Shown: positions 9,769-21,580 of the stretch, in pieces | Position numbering within the stretch: the first letter of the stretch is position 1 | How the letters are laid out: each line of letters begins with the position of its first letter | Origin: Dehalococcoidia bacterium | Lineage (GTDB): Bacteria > Chloroflexota > Dehalococcoidia > UBA2979 | Direction: 5' to 3' | Assembly (NCBI GenBank): GCA_965262725.1 | Contig: OZ253555.1 | Coordinates: forward strand, 3,552,001 to 3,616,000 | Length of the DNA: 64,000 nt | Position numbers and translations under genes: made by a program | The notes under the pieces: generated by a model | The model's input: only the letters and a program-made list of their open reading frames with translations | What the model was told of the DNA's origin: nothing | The model's database searches: none

Positions 9769-10482
9769 ATGAAGGTCATCGGACGCAACCTGGGCGAGGC
9801 GATCGATCCTCTCTACCAAGACATCGAGCACCGCCTCGGCACGGAGGGCGGCCATCGCCGCCTCGAGGTCACGAGCACGGAGGACGGCGCTCTCTCCAGC
9901 ATCCGCTGGCGCGACGACGAGGTCACGATCGCCGTGCGCAAGGGGATCCCGACGCACGCGCTGCCGCACGTCCTCGCCGTGGCGCTGCAGCACGTCCGCC
10001 AGCGGCTCGACGGCTACCCCGACGTGGTCCGCTCCGACCGGCCGCAGCCGGAGGGCGCCGGACTCACGCGCACCGCGCTCCGCGAACTGGTGCTCGCCCC
10101 GGAGGCAGAGCAGCACCTCGAACCGCTCGGCCTCGACGATCGCTGGGAGGCCGAGCAGCGTCACAAGGGGCTGAAGCAATTGCTCCGCGACGCCGGGGAG
10201 GACTGGAACGAGCCGGGCACGCCGGCACACCAGTTCGCGGCGCTCTCCTACGCGCGCTACGCCCTGCAGCACCCGCCCGAGATGTGGGAGAGCCTCGGTG
10301 AGGCGATGCGCGATCAGCTCCCGAAGGCGACCGCCTCCGGCGAGGAGGTGCTCACCCTCGTCTCGCGCCACGGGTGGAAGGACGCGAGCACCATGCTCAA
10401 GACGCTCACCGAGGTGAGGGACGTCTTGCAGATGCGGCCCTACACGCTCATCCAGGACCGGCGCACGGGCGGCCTCTACTAG
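9769..10482 (+). CDS. Hypothetical protein
   Basis: 237-aa ORF with globular-protein composition; no recognised family. Confidence 0.7.
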   Translation: MKVIGRNLGEAIDPLYQDIEHRLGTEGGHRRLEVTSTEDGALSSIRWRDDEVTIAVRKGIPTHALPHVLAVALQHVRQRLDGYPDVVRSDRPQPEGAGLTRTALRELVLAPEAEQHLEPLGLDDRWEAEQRHKGLKQLLRDAGEDWNEPGTPAHQFAALSYARYALQHPPEMWESLGEAMRDQLPKATASGEEVLTLVSRHGWKDASTMLKTLTEVRDVLQMRPYTLIQDRRTGGLY

Positions 10483-11099
10483 CCCGACGCCTCGACGCGG
10501 GCGGGGCTGGCGACGGCGGCCCCCTCCCCGGAATCGCGCGTCGCCGCGACGCGCCCTCGCGACGCGCCCCCGAGCCAGCCGACCAGGAACGGCGCCCACT
10601 CGGCGTAGCGCTCCAGGTAGGGTCCGTAGATCGCGGCGTAGCTCGCCCCCGGGCGGAACGGCGAGCGTCTCAGCACCATCCTCGCCTCCCCCGGCGTGCG
10701 CCCGCCCTTGCGGTGGTTGCAGGCCGTGCAGGCCGTGACGACGTTGCCCCACTCGTGGACACCGCCGCGGTGGCGCGGCAGCACGTGGTCGAGCGTCAGA
10801 TCCGAGGCGCACCCGCAGTACTGGCAGCGCCCGTGATCGCGAGCGAAGACGCCGCGGCGTGTCAGCCGCACGTGCGGTCGCGGACGGCGCACCTGCGTCA
10901 CGAGGCGTATGACGGAGGGGCGCGCGTACACGGCAGAGACCGAACGTAGCTCCTCTCGCGCCGCGTGCAGCAGCTCCGCCTTGCCGCGAAAGACCAGCAG
11001 GAAGGCACGCCGCACCGAGCAGACATCGAGCGGCTCGTAGTTCTGGTTGAGCACGAGCGCTCTCTGGTGCAGCGCATGAACCGGCACGTCGCACCTCAC
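10479..11099 (-). CDS. HNH endonuclease (McrA-like)
   Basis: LVLNQNYEPL, RDHGRCQYCG, TLDHVLPR, WGNVVTACTACNHRKG. Confidence 0.92.
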   Translation of the reverse strand: MRCDVPVHALHQRALVLNQNYEPLDVCSVRRAFLLVFRGKAELLHAAREELRSVSAVYARPSVIRLVTQVRRPRPHVRLTRRGVFARDHGRCQYCGCASDLTLDHVLPRHRGGVHEWGNVVTACTACNHRKGGRTPGEARMVLRRSPFRPGASYAAIYGPYLERYAEWAPFLVGWLGGASRGRVAATRDSGEGAAVASPARVEASG

Positions 11100-11205
11100 G
11101 CTCCGCGTGGCGGCCCGGGCGCCGAGTCTAGCCGATCGCGCACCGCCTCCGCCCGGCGCCGGACACCGCGCCCGCAGCGCCGCCTCGGGAGCACGGCCGA
11201 GTGCG

Positions 11206-11703
11206 CTACACGCTCAGAAGGTCTGTCACCTCGGCGGGAAGTAGCGGCTCGACGACGAAGAACCCCTCGAGGAAGAGCGAGGCCAGGGCGGACGATTCGG
11301 CCGCCGCGGTGAGACCCGTTGCCGCGGGGAAGGCCGTGACCGCGACCAGGAGCACCTCGACGACGACGACGCCCTTGAGCAGGCCGAACGCCGCGCCCCC
11401 CAGGCTGTCGACGGGTCCGAGCAGCAGGAGCGCGGCCGTGCGGCGCAGGAGGAGGGCGACGATCTGGCCGATCACGACCACCCCGGTGAAGATCGCCACG
11501 AAGGCCACGAGTTCGCGGGTGCGCTCGTCCTCCACGAGCACCGCGGCGTCGGCCGCGAGCTCCATGTAGAGCTTCCCCGCCAGCAGCGCACCGAAGACGA
11601 CGGCCGCGAGCATCACGACCTCACGGACGAGGCCGACCACGAAGGCGCGCCACGTGAGCGCGCCGAGGATGACGACAATCGCGAGATCGAGCCAGTTCAG
11701 CAA
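11206..11703 (-). CDS. CvpA-family membrane protein
   Basis: NWLDLAI..., GLVREV, DSLGGAAFGLLKG; 4 TM segments; TTG start inferred. Confidence 0.85.
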   Translation of the reverse strand: MLNWLDLAIVVILGALTWRAFVVGLVREVVMLAAVVFGALLAGKLYMELAADAAVLVEDERTRELVAFVAIFTGVVVIGQIVALLLRRTAALLLLGPVDSLGGAAFGLLKGVVVVEVLLVAVTAFPAATGLTAAAESSALASLFLEGFFVVEPLLPAEVTDLLSV

Positions 11704-11897
11704 CGGCCCCCCGGAGGCTGGCCCCGTGGCGATCGTAGCACGCGCGAGCCATCTCACTCCCCGGTGGGAGGCGTCATCACTACGCGGCGTCGAGCGAGCG
11801 GCCGTCAGGGCGGGCTCCGTGCGTTGCGACGAGCGCCCGCCGGGTCTCTCCCGCGGCGCTCGCCCCCACACCGCATGAGAGAGGCAAGAGGAGCCGC

Positions 11898-12479
11898 TCA
11901 GCGCAGATGCGGAGGGCGCCACTCGCCGGGTTGCTGCCCCGACGAGCCCTCCCCCGAGCCCTCTGTGGCGCCACCGCCGCCGCCCTCGCTTCCCGAGGAC
12001 GGCGAGGGGTCGGCCCTCTGCGCCGCCACCTCGGCGGCGCGCCGGCTCAGCCGCAGGCGGACCACGCGATGCGTGTGGGGCCAGTGCTCCATCTCGACCT
12101 CATCCCCCTCCTCCAGCTCGTGGTAGGCGGGGACGGAGACGACGAAGGCACCCTCCCTGAGGAGGAGGTAGTGCGTCCGGCCCAGCCACATGAAGAGGCC
12201 CGGCCGCCGCTTCCTTAGCACGACGGAGGTGGTCGTGACCGGAGCGGCGCGGAGATCGCGCAACGCGCCGCTCGCCTGGAAGGACGTGCCGAAGAGGGCC
12301 AGGCCCAACACCGTCAGCCCGATCAGCGCCCCCATGTCGCCACCGAGGAGCACGCGCAAGAGCCAGACGACGCCCGACCCGCTGATCGCGGCGAGCGGCG
12401 TATAGAGCATCACCATCCGCACGAGACCGCGGCGATCGGGCGTCCCCTCCTCCAGCACGTCGAATCGGCCTCGCATCAT
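11898..12479 (-). CDS. Hypothetical membrane protein (2 TM plus soluble domain)
   Basis: Two hydrophobic helices followed by a small beta-rich domain. Confidence 0.65.
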   Translation of the reverse strand: MMRGRFDVLEEGTPDRRGLVRMVMLYTPLAAISGSGVVWLLRVLLGGDMGALIGLTVLGLALFGTSFQASGALRDLRAAPVTTTSVVLRKRRPGLFMWLGRTHYLLLREGAFVVSVPAYHELEEGDEVEMEHWPHTHRVVRLRLSRRAAEVAAQRADPSPSSGSEGGGGGATEGSGEGSSGQQPGEWRPPHLR

Positions 12480-12512
12480 CCCCCCCGAGAACGCGGTCGC
12501 GCGGCGTCGAGT

Positions 12513-13088
12513 CTACTGCGCGGGAATCGTGATCACCTGGCCGATTTGGATATTCGAGACATCGGTGATGCCGTTTTCCTCCACGATCCGCTCCAGCAAC
12601 TCCTCGCGGTCGCCGCCGGGTGCGAGGAAGAGGTCGATGATCGCCGAGAGCGTATCCCCCTCCTGCACCGTGTACTCGAGCTCCGCTTGGGGCGTGGGGG
12701 TCGCCGCAGTCGGCGTCGCGGTCGGCACCGCGCTCACGACGGGCCCCGCCTCGGCCGTGGCCCGGGGAAGAGCGCCGGCCTGCGACGCCGGCGTCGGCGT
12801 CGGCGTCGACGTGGAGGACGGGGCATCACGCCCGAGCACGCCGGCGATCGACGCGGGGGGTCGACCGCCCGGGTCGGCGCCCTGAGGCGAAAACACCAGA
12901 AGCCAGACCGCCACGACGGAGCCCGCGATCAGCGCGAGCAGCGATCCCCGGTAGACCCAGTACGACGGGAGCGCGCGCTCGGGGTCCATGCAGCGCGAGC
13001 AGAGGGCCTCCCCGTGCTCGTCACAGAAGAGCGCACCGCACCGCGGGCACTCCGCTACCGCCTCGAGATCACAGGCGTAGCACTCCAC
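12513..13088 (-). CDS. Zinc-finger / TM / LysM protein
   Basis: N-terminal CYAC..CPRC..CDEH..CSRC, TM helix, PT/TP linker, C-terminal YTVQEGDTLSAII...N.I.....IQIGQVITIP LysM. Confidence 0.85.
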   Translation of the reverse strand: MECYACDLEAVAECPRCGALFCDEHGEALCSRCMDPERALPSYWVYRGSLLALIAGSVVAVWLLVFSPQGADPGGRPPASIAGVLGRDAPSSTSTPTPTPASQAGALPRATAEAGPVVSAVPTATPTAATPTPQAELEYTVQEGDTLSAIIDLFLAPGGDREELLERIVEENGITDVSNIQIGQVITIPAQ

Positions 13089-13383
13089 GAGCACGAGGGT
13101 AGCGCAGCGGCGCGCCCCTCGGCACGCCCGGAGCCCGACCGGCGGTGCACAGGGGGTGGGAGCACGCACGAAGAGCGGAGAAAGGCGCCCCCGGATCGGC
13201 CGGCGACCGACCGCCGGGGATCGAGTGGCGAGAGCGGCCGGAGAGCGCCCGTCAGGGAGCGTCGATGATGCCGCCGAGGAGCGTCACCCCGGCCACAGCG
13301 CCCCGGGCCGGCCAGCGCCCGCGCGGTGCCGGGAGGCGTGCGCCGGCCTGTCCGGCCCGCGTCGCCACCCCGGCGTGGGCTAG

Positions 13384-14776
13384 CAGGGTCGGGAAAAAGG
13401 CCCCCTTTGGCGCGGCCACGGAGCGAATCACCGCCAAGAGGGCGTATGCGGCGTCATTTCGGGGCCGATTCTGGCCCCCTCCGGGGCTCTCTCAGCCCGT
13501 CCGGGCGCCCCGGGACCTACTCCGGGCGCACTACGCCCGTGACAGCGCGGCGTCGATATTGGCCACGCGCACCAGGTTGTACGCGGCAGCGCCCATCTCC
13601 ATCCAGAAACCGTTGACCTGTTCGCCGATGTAGCGGAGCTTGCGCCCGCCCCCCACGGTCTTCAGCCACCCGAAGCTCTCCTCCACCATCTTGCGCCGGC
13701 GCTGACTCACCTCGTAGCCGGGCGTCTGCGCCACCTCCTCGGGGATGGCGCTGTGCTTCGCTCGCCGTGCCACGTGCGGCACGACCCCGAGTTCGCACAG
13801 CCCCTCCACGAAGTGCTTCGCGTCGTATCCCTTGTCGGCGCCCAGCGTCGCCCCCGGTGTCAGGCTGCGCTCGGCCATGGCCAGCGCCGCATCCCGCTCC
13901 GCCCGCCCGTGCGCCGTCGTGAGCTCGACATCGACGATGAGCCCGTTGCGGTTCTCCGTCATCACATGCCCGATGTAGCTCGGGCGCGCCGCCTGCCCGT
14001 TCCCCTTCCGGTACAGGTGCGCGCCGGGATCGGTCGTGCTGACGTGGGTGTCCCGGTGCCGGCGCTCGCCGCGGAAGTCGACGTCCGGATTGCGGCCCGC
14101 AGGCTTGTCCCCGTCCTGCTCGTCGCGTGACCGGTAGCTCTTGTGCGACGCCCACGCCTCGAGCTGCGACCCGTCGACCGTGAAGTGCTCCTCGGACAGC
14201 AGGTTCCGCTCCCTCGCCTCCCTCACGACTTCCTCGAAGAACCCCCGGGCGATGTCGCCGTCAAGGAGCCGGGAGCGGTTCTTCGAGAACGTGGAGCGGT
14301 CGAAGGAACCGGGGTCTCCCGGGAGGTCGAGGAACCACTTGAACGCCATGTCGGACCGCAGCCGCTCGCAGAACTGGCTCTCGCTACGAATCGAGAAGAA
14401 GGCGATGAGGAGTGTCGACTTGAGCAGCGTCTCGGGCGGAATCGACGGTCGCCCGGACTCGCTGTAGAGACCGTCGAAGCGCGGGGAGAGATTGGCGAGC
14501 GCCCGGTCGACGATGGGCTTGATGCGTCGGAGCGGGTGGTCGCTGGGGACGAACATCTCCGGGCAGGTGAGAGTGGCGCGGCCCTGGTCCTCGCTCTGTC
14601 CTCGCATCGATATCCTCCCTCGTGGGGGTCCCTCTTGTATGATCGTTAGTATACTCGTCTTATCAGTTACAGTCGACCACTACCTGGGGCTTCTGACAGC
14701 TACCGGGGGCGTTTGTTGCACCCGCGGGGCACCGCCGGCCATGCTCCGGGCACCCAGGGAGAAAATCACAACCCTG
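13384..14776 (-). mobile_element. IS5/IS1182-like insertion sequence, about 1.39 kb, CTAG target duplication
   Basis: CTAG at 13380-13383 and 14777-14780; imperfect terminal inverted repeats CAGGGTCGGGA and CAGGGTTGTGA (reverse complement of right end). Confidence 0.88.
13531..14607 (-). CDS. IS5-family DDE transposase
   Basis: VPSDHPLRRI, GRPSIPPE, TFSKNR, FTVDGS, STTDP, ADKGYD, VEESFGWLK. Confidence 0.93.
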   Translation of the reverse strand: MRGQSEDQGRATLTCPEMFVPSDHPLRRIKPIVDRALANLSPRFDGLYSESGRPSIPPETLLKSTLLIAFFSIRSESQFCERLRSDMAFKWFLDLPGDPGSFDRSTFSKNRSRLLDGDIARGFFEEVVREARERNLLSEEHFTVDGSQLEAWASHKSYRSRDEQDGDKPAGRNPDVDFRGERRHRDTHVSTTDPGAHLYRKGNGQAARPSYIGHVMTENRNGLIVDVELTTAHGRAERDAALAMAERSLTPGATLGADKGYDAKHFVEGLCELGVVPHVARRAKHSAIPEEVAQTPGYEVSQRRRKMVEESFGWLKTVGGGRKLRYIGEQVNGFWMEMGAAAYNLVRVANIDAALSRA

Positions 14777-15154
14777 CTAGACGAGATCGACGGTAGCGCC
14801 CGCCTCTTCGAGCTTCGCCTTCGCGGCCTCCGCGTCCTCCTTGGACGCCCCCTCGCGGACGGGCTTCGGCGCGGCCTCGACGAGGTCCTTCGCCTCCTTC
14901 AGTCCGAGCGTCGTCAGCTCGCGGACCGCCTTGATCACCTTGATCTTGTTCGCGCCGAAGTCCTTCAGCACGACATCGAAGAACGCCTGCTCCTCGGCGG
15001 CCGCCGCATTGCCGTCCACCGACGGCGCCGCAACCACCGCGACCGGCGCCGCCGCCGTGACGCCGAACTCATCCTCGATCGCCCGATTCAGGTCGCGGAG
15101 TTCGATGATCGTCATCCCGCGGATGATCTCCAGCGCCTCGTCCACCTTCGCCAT
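14777..15154 (-). CDS. rplL: 50S ribosomal protein L7/L12
   Basis: [34 protein letters not shown]. Confidence 0.98.
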   Translation of the reverse strand: MAKVDEALEIIRGMTIIELRDLNRAIEDEFGVTAAAPVAVVAAPSVDGNAAAAEEQAFFDVVLKDFGANKIKVIKAVRELTTLGLKEAKDLVEAAPKPVREGASKEDAEAAKAKLEEAGATVDLV

Positions 15155-15231
15155 CGTCGTTCCTCCCGCGCTCCGGGCAGCGAAGCCGCCCCGCTCTTCG
15201 TCGTGCGCCGGACCGGCCGGTGCACGCGTCC

Positions 15232-15765
15232 CTACGCGTTCGTCTCCTCGAGCTGCGCCGCCCGGGCCTCGATCAACCCGGCGAATTCACGCGTCACCGC
15301 CTGCAGCAGGCCCGCGAACTCGACGAGCGGACCGACCACGCCACCGGCGATCCGACCGAGCAGCTCCTCGCGAGGCGGCACCGCCGCGAGCTCCCGGACG
15401 AACGCCGCATCGACGAGCTTCCCCTCGAGCACCGCGCCGCGCAGCTCCACCGGCGACGTCGGGTGCTCTCGCAGGTAGGCCGCGAGCACGCGCGCCGGCG
15501 CGGTGACGTCCTCGCGCGAGGTCACGAGCGCGGTCGGACCCTGCGCCAGCTCGCCGAAGACGTCGAGCCCCTCGTCTCGGGCCGCGATCCGCAGCAACGT
15601 GTTCTTGATCACGCGCATCTCGGCCCCGACCCGCGTGAGCTCGCGCCGCAGCAGCACCTGTTCCCCCACCGGGATGCCCTGATACGCCGTCGCGATGGCG
15701 ATCTGCGCGTCGCGGATCAGGGCCCGCAGCTCGGTGACCTCCGCAACCTTGCCCGCCGTCGGCAT
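15232..15765 (-). CDS. rplJ: 50S ribosomal protein L10
   Basis: [25 protein letters not shown]; position between rplA and rplL. Confidence 0.95.
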   Translation of the reverse strand: MPTAGKVAEVTELRALIRDAQIAIATAYQGIPVGEQVLLRRELTRVGAEMRVIKNTLLRIAARDEGLDVFGELAQGPTALVTSREDVTAPARVLAAYLREHPTSPVELRGAVLEGKLVDAAFVRELAAVPPREELLGRIAGGVVGPLVEFAGLLQAVTREFAGLIEARAAQLEETNA

Positions 15766-15821
15766 ACGCGTTCCTCTCGTGCCGCCCGCCGCCACCGGCG
15801 TCCCACGCCGGAGCGGGCGAC

Positions 15822-15960
15822 AAAAAGCGCTCACCCGCCGGGGTGAGCGCGCGGAGCGGCGCCATCCGCGCCGAACGCCGTGCCACCCACCTGCACGGGC
15901 CGCCCGTGGGCGATTATCCCCTCGTCGCCTGCCGGCGGCGGGGGACCCGTGGTCTCCGGC
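15822..15960 (-). promoter_or_regulatory. L10 leader with attenuator hairpin
   Basis: Minus strand CCGGAGACCACGGG...GATAAT...CCCGTGCAGGT resembles the L10-leader core; followed by GCGCTCACCC-CGGC-GGGTGAGCGC-TTTTT (15822-15850) upstream of rplJ. Confidence 0.75.
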
Positions 15961-16008
15961 GGTCCGGTCGTCGCCGAGGCGACGCCGGGCTGAACCGAAT
16001 TCAGTCTC

Positions 16009-16725
16009 CTACGAGTCGCCGCCCAGCGCCACCACCTGCGTCACATCCATCGCGATTCCCGGTCCCATCGTGGAGGCGAGCGAGGCCCCGCGGAGCATCT
16101 GACCCTTGCCGCCGCTGGGGCGGTTGCGCTGGATCTCGCCGATCAGCGTCGAGAGATTCTCGATCAACTGACCCTCCTCGAACGAGGCCTTGCCGATCGC
16201 GCAGTGGATCAGGTTGGTGCGATCGAGGCGGAACTCGACCCGGCCGGACTTCGCCTCGCGCACGCCTCGTGCGAGGTCGACGTTCTCGAGCACCGTGTTG
16301 TTGCGGGGGTTCGGCATCAGGCCGCGCGGGCCGAGCAGCCGGCCGAGGCGGCCGATTTTCGGCATCATCTCGCGCTGCGCGAGCACCACGTCGAAGTCCA
16401 GCTCACCGGCCTCGAAGCGTCGCGCGAGGTCGTCAGAGCCGACGGAGTCCGCGCCGGCCTCCAGAGCCAGGGTCGCCGCCTCGCCCTCGGCGAAGACCGC
16501 GACGCGCATCATCCGCCCCAGGCCGTGCGGTAGCACCACAGACCCGCGCACCTGCTGGTCGGCGTGGCGACCGTCGAGACCCGTGCGGAGGTGGACTTCG
16601 ATCGTCTCGTCGAACCTGGCGGTCGCCGTCTCGCGAGCCAGCGCGACGGCTTCCTGCGGCGAGTAGAGGCGGTCCCCCTCGACGCGGGCTCTGACCGCCT
16701 CCATCCGTTTCCCCGACTTGGTCAT
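16009..16725 (-). CDS. rplA: 50S ribosomal protein L1
   Basis: FDETIE, DQQVRGSVVLPHG, LGPRGLMPNP, STMGPG. Confidence 0.98.
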   Translation of the reverse strand: MTKSGKRMEAVRARVEGDRLYSPQEAVALARETATARFDETIEVHLRTGLDGRHADQQVRGSVVLPHGLGRMMRVAVFAEGEAATLALEAGADSVGSDDLARRFEAGELDFDVVLAQREMMPKIGRLGRLLGPRGLMPNPRNNTVLENVDLARGVREAKSGRVEFRLDRTNLIHCAIGKASFEEGQLIENLSTLIGEIQRNRPSGGKGQMLRGASLASTMGPGIAMDVTQVVALGGDS

Positions 16726-17147
16726 CAGGCGACCTCGATCCCCATTGAGCGCGCGGTTCCCGCCACGGTACGCATCGCCTGCTCCATGTCGGTCGTGTTC
16801 AGGTCGGGCAGCTTGATCGCGGCGATCGCCCGCACCTGCTCCCGCGACACCCGCCCCGCGGCCTCCATCTTCGGATTCGGCGAGCCCTTCTCGACCCCCG
16901 CGGCCTTGCGCAGCAGATCGGAGACCGGCGGCGTCTTCAGGATGAAGACGAACGAGCGGTCCTCGTAGATCGTGATCTGGGCCGGGATGATCTGGCCCGT
17001 CTGCTGCTGCGTCTGCGCGTTGTACGTCTTGCAGAACTCCATGATGTTGATGCCGTGCGGACCGAGGGCGGTCCCCACCGGCGGCGCGGGATTCGCCTGA
17101 CCCGCCGGAATCTGCAACGTGACCTGCGCGCGCACCTTCTTCGCCAT
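16725..17147 (-). CDS. rplK: 50S ribosomal protein L11
   Basis: [27 protein letters not shown]; start MAKKV at 17147. Confidence 0.98.
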   Translation of the reverse strand: MAKKVRAQVTLQIPAGQANPAPPVGTALGPHGINIMEFCKTYNAQTQQQTGQIIPAQITIYEDRSFVFILKTPPVSDLLRKAAGVEKGSPNPKMEAAGRVSREQVRAIAAIKLPDLNTTDMEQAMRTVAGTARSMGIEVA

Positions 17148-17208
17148 CAGTCCGCCCCCCGCCCGCGCGCGCAGGGCTCCGACCCTGCGACGCGCCGTGC
17201 CATCCGCG

Positions 17209-17760
17209 CTATTGCTTCTCGACCTGGAGGAAGTCCAACTCGACGGGCGTGTCACGCCCGAACATGGAGAGCATCACGCGCACCTTGCCCTTGTCGAGGT
17301 TGATTTCGTCGACGAGTCCCACGAAGTCCGTGAACGGACCGTCGATCACGCGCACCGATTCGCCGGGCTCGAAGCCGACGTTGATGCGCGCCGGCGCGGA
17401 GTCCATCTCGCGAAGGATGCGGTTCACCTCATCGTCGGCGAGGGCGGTGGGGCGCGCTCGCTCGTCCGCGCTCGCTCCCGCGAAGCCCGTGACGCCCGGC
17501 GTGTTGCGAACCACGTACCACGAGGCATCGTCCATCACCATCTGGACGAAGACATACCCCGGGAAGAGCTTCTTCGAGACGGTCCGGCGCTGTCCCTCCC
17601 GGATCTCGATCTCGTTCTCCGTCGGGATCACCACCCGGAAGATGCGGTCGCCGACGTCCATGGTCTTGATACGCTGCTCGAGGTTGGTGCGCACCTTGTT
17701 CTCGTAGCCCGAGTAGGTCTGCACGATGAACCAGGCCCGCCCGTCATCGACGTCGGCCAC
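17209..17760 (-). CDS. nusG: Transcription factor NusG
   Basis: [26 protein letters not shown] domain, FGRDTPVEL. Confidence 0.97.
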   Translation of the reverse strand: MADVDDGRAWFIVQTYSGYENKVRTNLEQRIKTMDVGDRIFRVVIPTENEIEIREGQRRTVSKKLFPGYVFVQMVMDDASWYVVRNTPGVTGFAGASADERARPTALADDEVNRILREMDSAPARINVGFEPGESVRVIDGPFTDFVGLVDEINLDKGKVRVMLSMFGRDTPVELDFLQVEKQ

Positions 17761-17824
17761 TGCCGCCGCCTCGGCGTCCGCGCCGTTCTCCGTGGTGAAC
17801 TCTAGGTCGGCCAGGATGCCCCCC

Positions 17825-18142
17825 TTAGCGCAGAATCGTGCGCTCCACGATCCAGCTGAAGCCGAGATCGGCGCCGCCGAGGACGGCCCCGAAGAAGATC
17901 GAGACCACCACGACGACGAGCGTGAGATGGTAGACCTCCGAGCGCCCCGGCCACGTCACCTTCCGCAACTCCCCGATGATGTCGCGCGCCCACAGCGGCT
18001 TCAGCAGCGATCCCCGTCGCGGTGAATCCGGGGATGATGGGGCGGAGGGCGCCATCGGCGTGCGTCCCGCAGACGCCTGCCGTTGCTGAGCCCGCTGGCG
18101 ACGCTCCGCGCGCTCCTGTGCTCGCCTCGACGCCCGACCCAT
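17825..18142 (-). CDS. secE: Preprotein translocase subunit SecE
   Basis: ELRKVTWP motif plus TM helix; between rpmG and nusG. Confidence 0.93.
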   Translation of the reverse strand: MGRASRRAQERAERRQRAQQRQASAGRTPMAPSAPSSPDSPRRGSLLKPLWARDIIGELRKVTWPGRSEVYHLTLVVVVVSIFFGAVLGGADLGFSWIVERTILR

Positions 18143-18172
18143 GAACCGTCCCGTCCCCCGCTGCTCGCTCCG

Positions 18173-18334
18173 CTAGCGCGTCTCTCGATACAGCTGCCGC
18201 TGGCGGCAGCGCGGGCAGAACTTGCGCAGCTCCAGCCGGTCCGGATCGTTCCGCCGGTTTTTCCTGGTGTGGTAGTTCCGCTCGCGGCACTCCGTGCACG
18301 CCAGGGTGATGTGGATACGATCGCCCTTCGCCAC
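18173..18334 (-). CDS. rpmG: 50S ribosomal protein L33 (Zn-binding C+ form)
   Basis: Not in ORF track. Manual translation: [53 protein letters not shown]. Confidence 0.97.
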   Translation of the reverse strand: MAKGDRIHITLACTECRERNYHTRKNRRNDPDRLELRKFCPRCRQRQLYRETR

Positions 18335-18385
18335 GCTCTCCCCCTCGGCCCTGCTCCCGAAAGCCCCGTCGGTCCCCCGGCTCGC

Positions 18386-19585
18386 CTACTCGATGATCTG
18401 CGTCACCACGCCCGCACCCACCGTGCGGCCGCCCTCCCGAATCGCAAACCGCAGACCCTGCTCCACCGCCACCGGCGTGATCAGCTCCACGTTCAACGCC
18501 ACGTTATCCCCGGGCATGACCATCTCGGTCCCCTCGGGCAACGTCACCACTCCCGTCACGTCCGTCGTCCGCACGTAAAACTGCGGCCGGTACCCGCTGA
18601 AGAACGGCGTGTGCCGTCCCCCCTCCTCCTTCGACAGGATGTACACCTCGCCCGCAAACCGCGTGTGCGGCGTGATCGACCCAGGCGCCGCCAGCACCTG
18701 CCCGCGCTCCACGTCCGTTCGCTCGATCCCCCGCAGTAGCGCCCCCACGTTGTCCCCGGCCTCCCCGGAGTCAAGAAGCTTCTTGAACATCTCCACTCCG
18801 GTCACCGTCGTCTTCCGCGTCGGACGGATCCCCACGATCTCGATCTCGTCCCCCACGTTCACCACGCCGCGCTCGATTCGACCCGTTACCACCGTCCCAC
18901 GACCCTTGATCCCGAACACGTCCTCGATCGGCATCAAGAACGGCTGGTCCTTCGGTCGGTCCGGCTGCGGTATGTACTCGTCCACCGACGACATCAGCTC
19001 CAGAATCGGCGCGTACTCCGTCGCACCCACGTCCGTCGACTCCGACTCCAGCGCCGCCAGCGCCGACCCTCGAATGATCGGCACGTCGTCACCAGGAAAC
19101 TCGTTGTCCGACAACAGATCCCGAAGCTCCAGCTCCACCAGCTCCAGAAGCTCCTCGTCCTCCATCATGTCGACCTTGTTCAGAAACACCACCACCGACG
19201 GCACCTGCACCTGCCGCGCCAGCAACAGGTGCTCCCGCGTCTGCGGCATCGGCCCGTCCGGCGCCGCCACCACCAGAATCGCCCCGTCCATCTGCGCCGC
19301 ACCCGTGATCATGTTCTTGATGTAGTCCGCGTGCCCCGGACAGTCCACGTGCGCGTAGTGACGGCTCTCCGTCTCGTACTCCACGTGCTGAATAGCAATC
19401 GTGATCCCCCGCTTACGTTCCTCCGGCGCGTTGTCGATCGAGTCGAACGGACGGAACTCCGCATCCCCGCGCATCGACAGCACCTTCGTGATCGCCGCCG
19501 TCAGCGTCGTCTTCCCGTGGTCGACGTGACCAATAGTCCCCACGTTCGCGTGCGGCTTCGTTCGCGCAAACCTGTCCTTCGCCAT
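18386..19585 (-). CDS. tuf: Elongation factor Tu
   Basis: [31 protein letters not shown]. Confidence 0.99.
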   Translation of the reverse strand: MAKDRFARTKPHANVGTIGHVDHGKTTLTAAITKVLSMRGDAEFRPFDSIDNAPEERKRGITIAIQHVEYETESRHYAHVDCPGHADYIKNMITGAAQMDGAILVVAAPDGPMPQTREHLLLARQVQVPSVVVFLNKVDMMEDEELLELVELELRDLLSDNEFPGDDVPIIRGSALAALESESTDVGATEYAPILELMSSVDEYIPQPDRPKDQPFLMPIEDVFGIKGRGTVVTGRIERGVVNVGDEIEIVGIRPTRKTTVTGVEMFKKLLDSGEAGDNVGALLRGIERTDVERGQVLAAPGSITPHTRFAGEVYILSKEEGGRHTPFFSGYRPQFYVRTTDVTGVVTLPEGTEMVMPGDNVALNVELITPVAVEQGLRFAIREGGRTVGAGVVTQIIE

Positions 19586-19649
19586 TCCCTACGCTCCCTC
19601 GTCCGCTCCCGCAGACCCACTACGCGCGCCGACACCTGTATCGGGGTGA

Positions 19650-19725
19650 TGGAGCCCTCAAGCAGATTCGAACTGCTGACCTCGTTCTTACCAAGAACGC
19701 GCTCTGCCGGCTGAGCTATGAGGGC
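19650..19725 (-). tRNA. tRNA-Thr(GGT)
   Basis: GCCCTCA...TTGGTAA...GTTCGAATC...TGAGGGCTCCA cloverleaf, encoded CCA. Confidence 0.96.
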
Positions 19726-19774
19726 CCAACTGCGCCGCAGGTCCATCCCTCCGGATCGCGACGCCGCTCATTCC

Positions 19775-19860
19775 TGGTGCAGGGGGCAGGATTCGAACCT
19801 GCGTAGCCTTGCGGCGGCGGATTTACAGTCCGCTGGAATTAACCACTCTCCCACCCCTGC
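19775..19860 (-). tRNA. tRNA-Tyr(GTA)
   Basis: GCAGGGG...CTGTAAA...long variable arm...GGTTCGAATCC...CCCCTGCACCA. Confidence 0.96.
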
Positions 19861-19926
19861 GTGTCCGCGCACACACACCACGGGCACCCGCCGAGCGCCC
19901 CTCGGGGCCCGCCGTCCCGGCGGATC

Positions 19927-20002
19927 TGGAGCCCGAGAGGGGATTCGAACCCACTAACCTACCGATTACAAATCGGTTGCGCTGCCATTGCGCCACTCGG
20001 GC
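19927..20002 (-). tRNA. tRNA-Thr(TGT)
   Basis: GCCCGAG...TTTGTAA...GGTTCGAATCC...CTCGGGCTCCA. Confidence 0.96.
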
Positions 20003-20080
20003 GGCGGGACACCGGCGATGCCCCCGGGTTCCCCGCGAGGGCCGCGCGCGTCAGGCGCACGCGGGCGCATCCGGCTAACG

Positions 20081-20110
20081 AGTATATGAAGGGGCCCCCG
20101 CGTGCGTCCA
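20081..20110 (-). promoter_or_regulatory. Promoter of tRNA-tuf operon
   Basis: TGGACG-N18-TATACT on the minus strand upstream of tRNA-Thr(TGT). Confidence 0.6.
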
Positions 20111-20131
20111 GCCAGCGCCGCCGCGCATCCG

Positions 20132-21579
<1,448 letters not shown>

Positions 21580-21580
<1 letters not shown>

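Noticed and set aside
10479-11099. HNH nuclease as part of a defence system
   Set aside because: Common stand-alone McrA-like family; no methylase, ATPase or array nearby.
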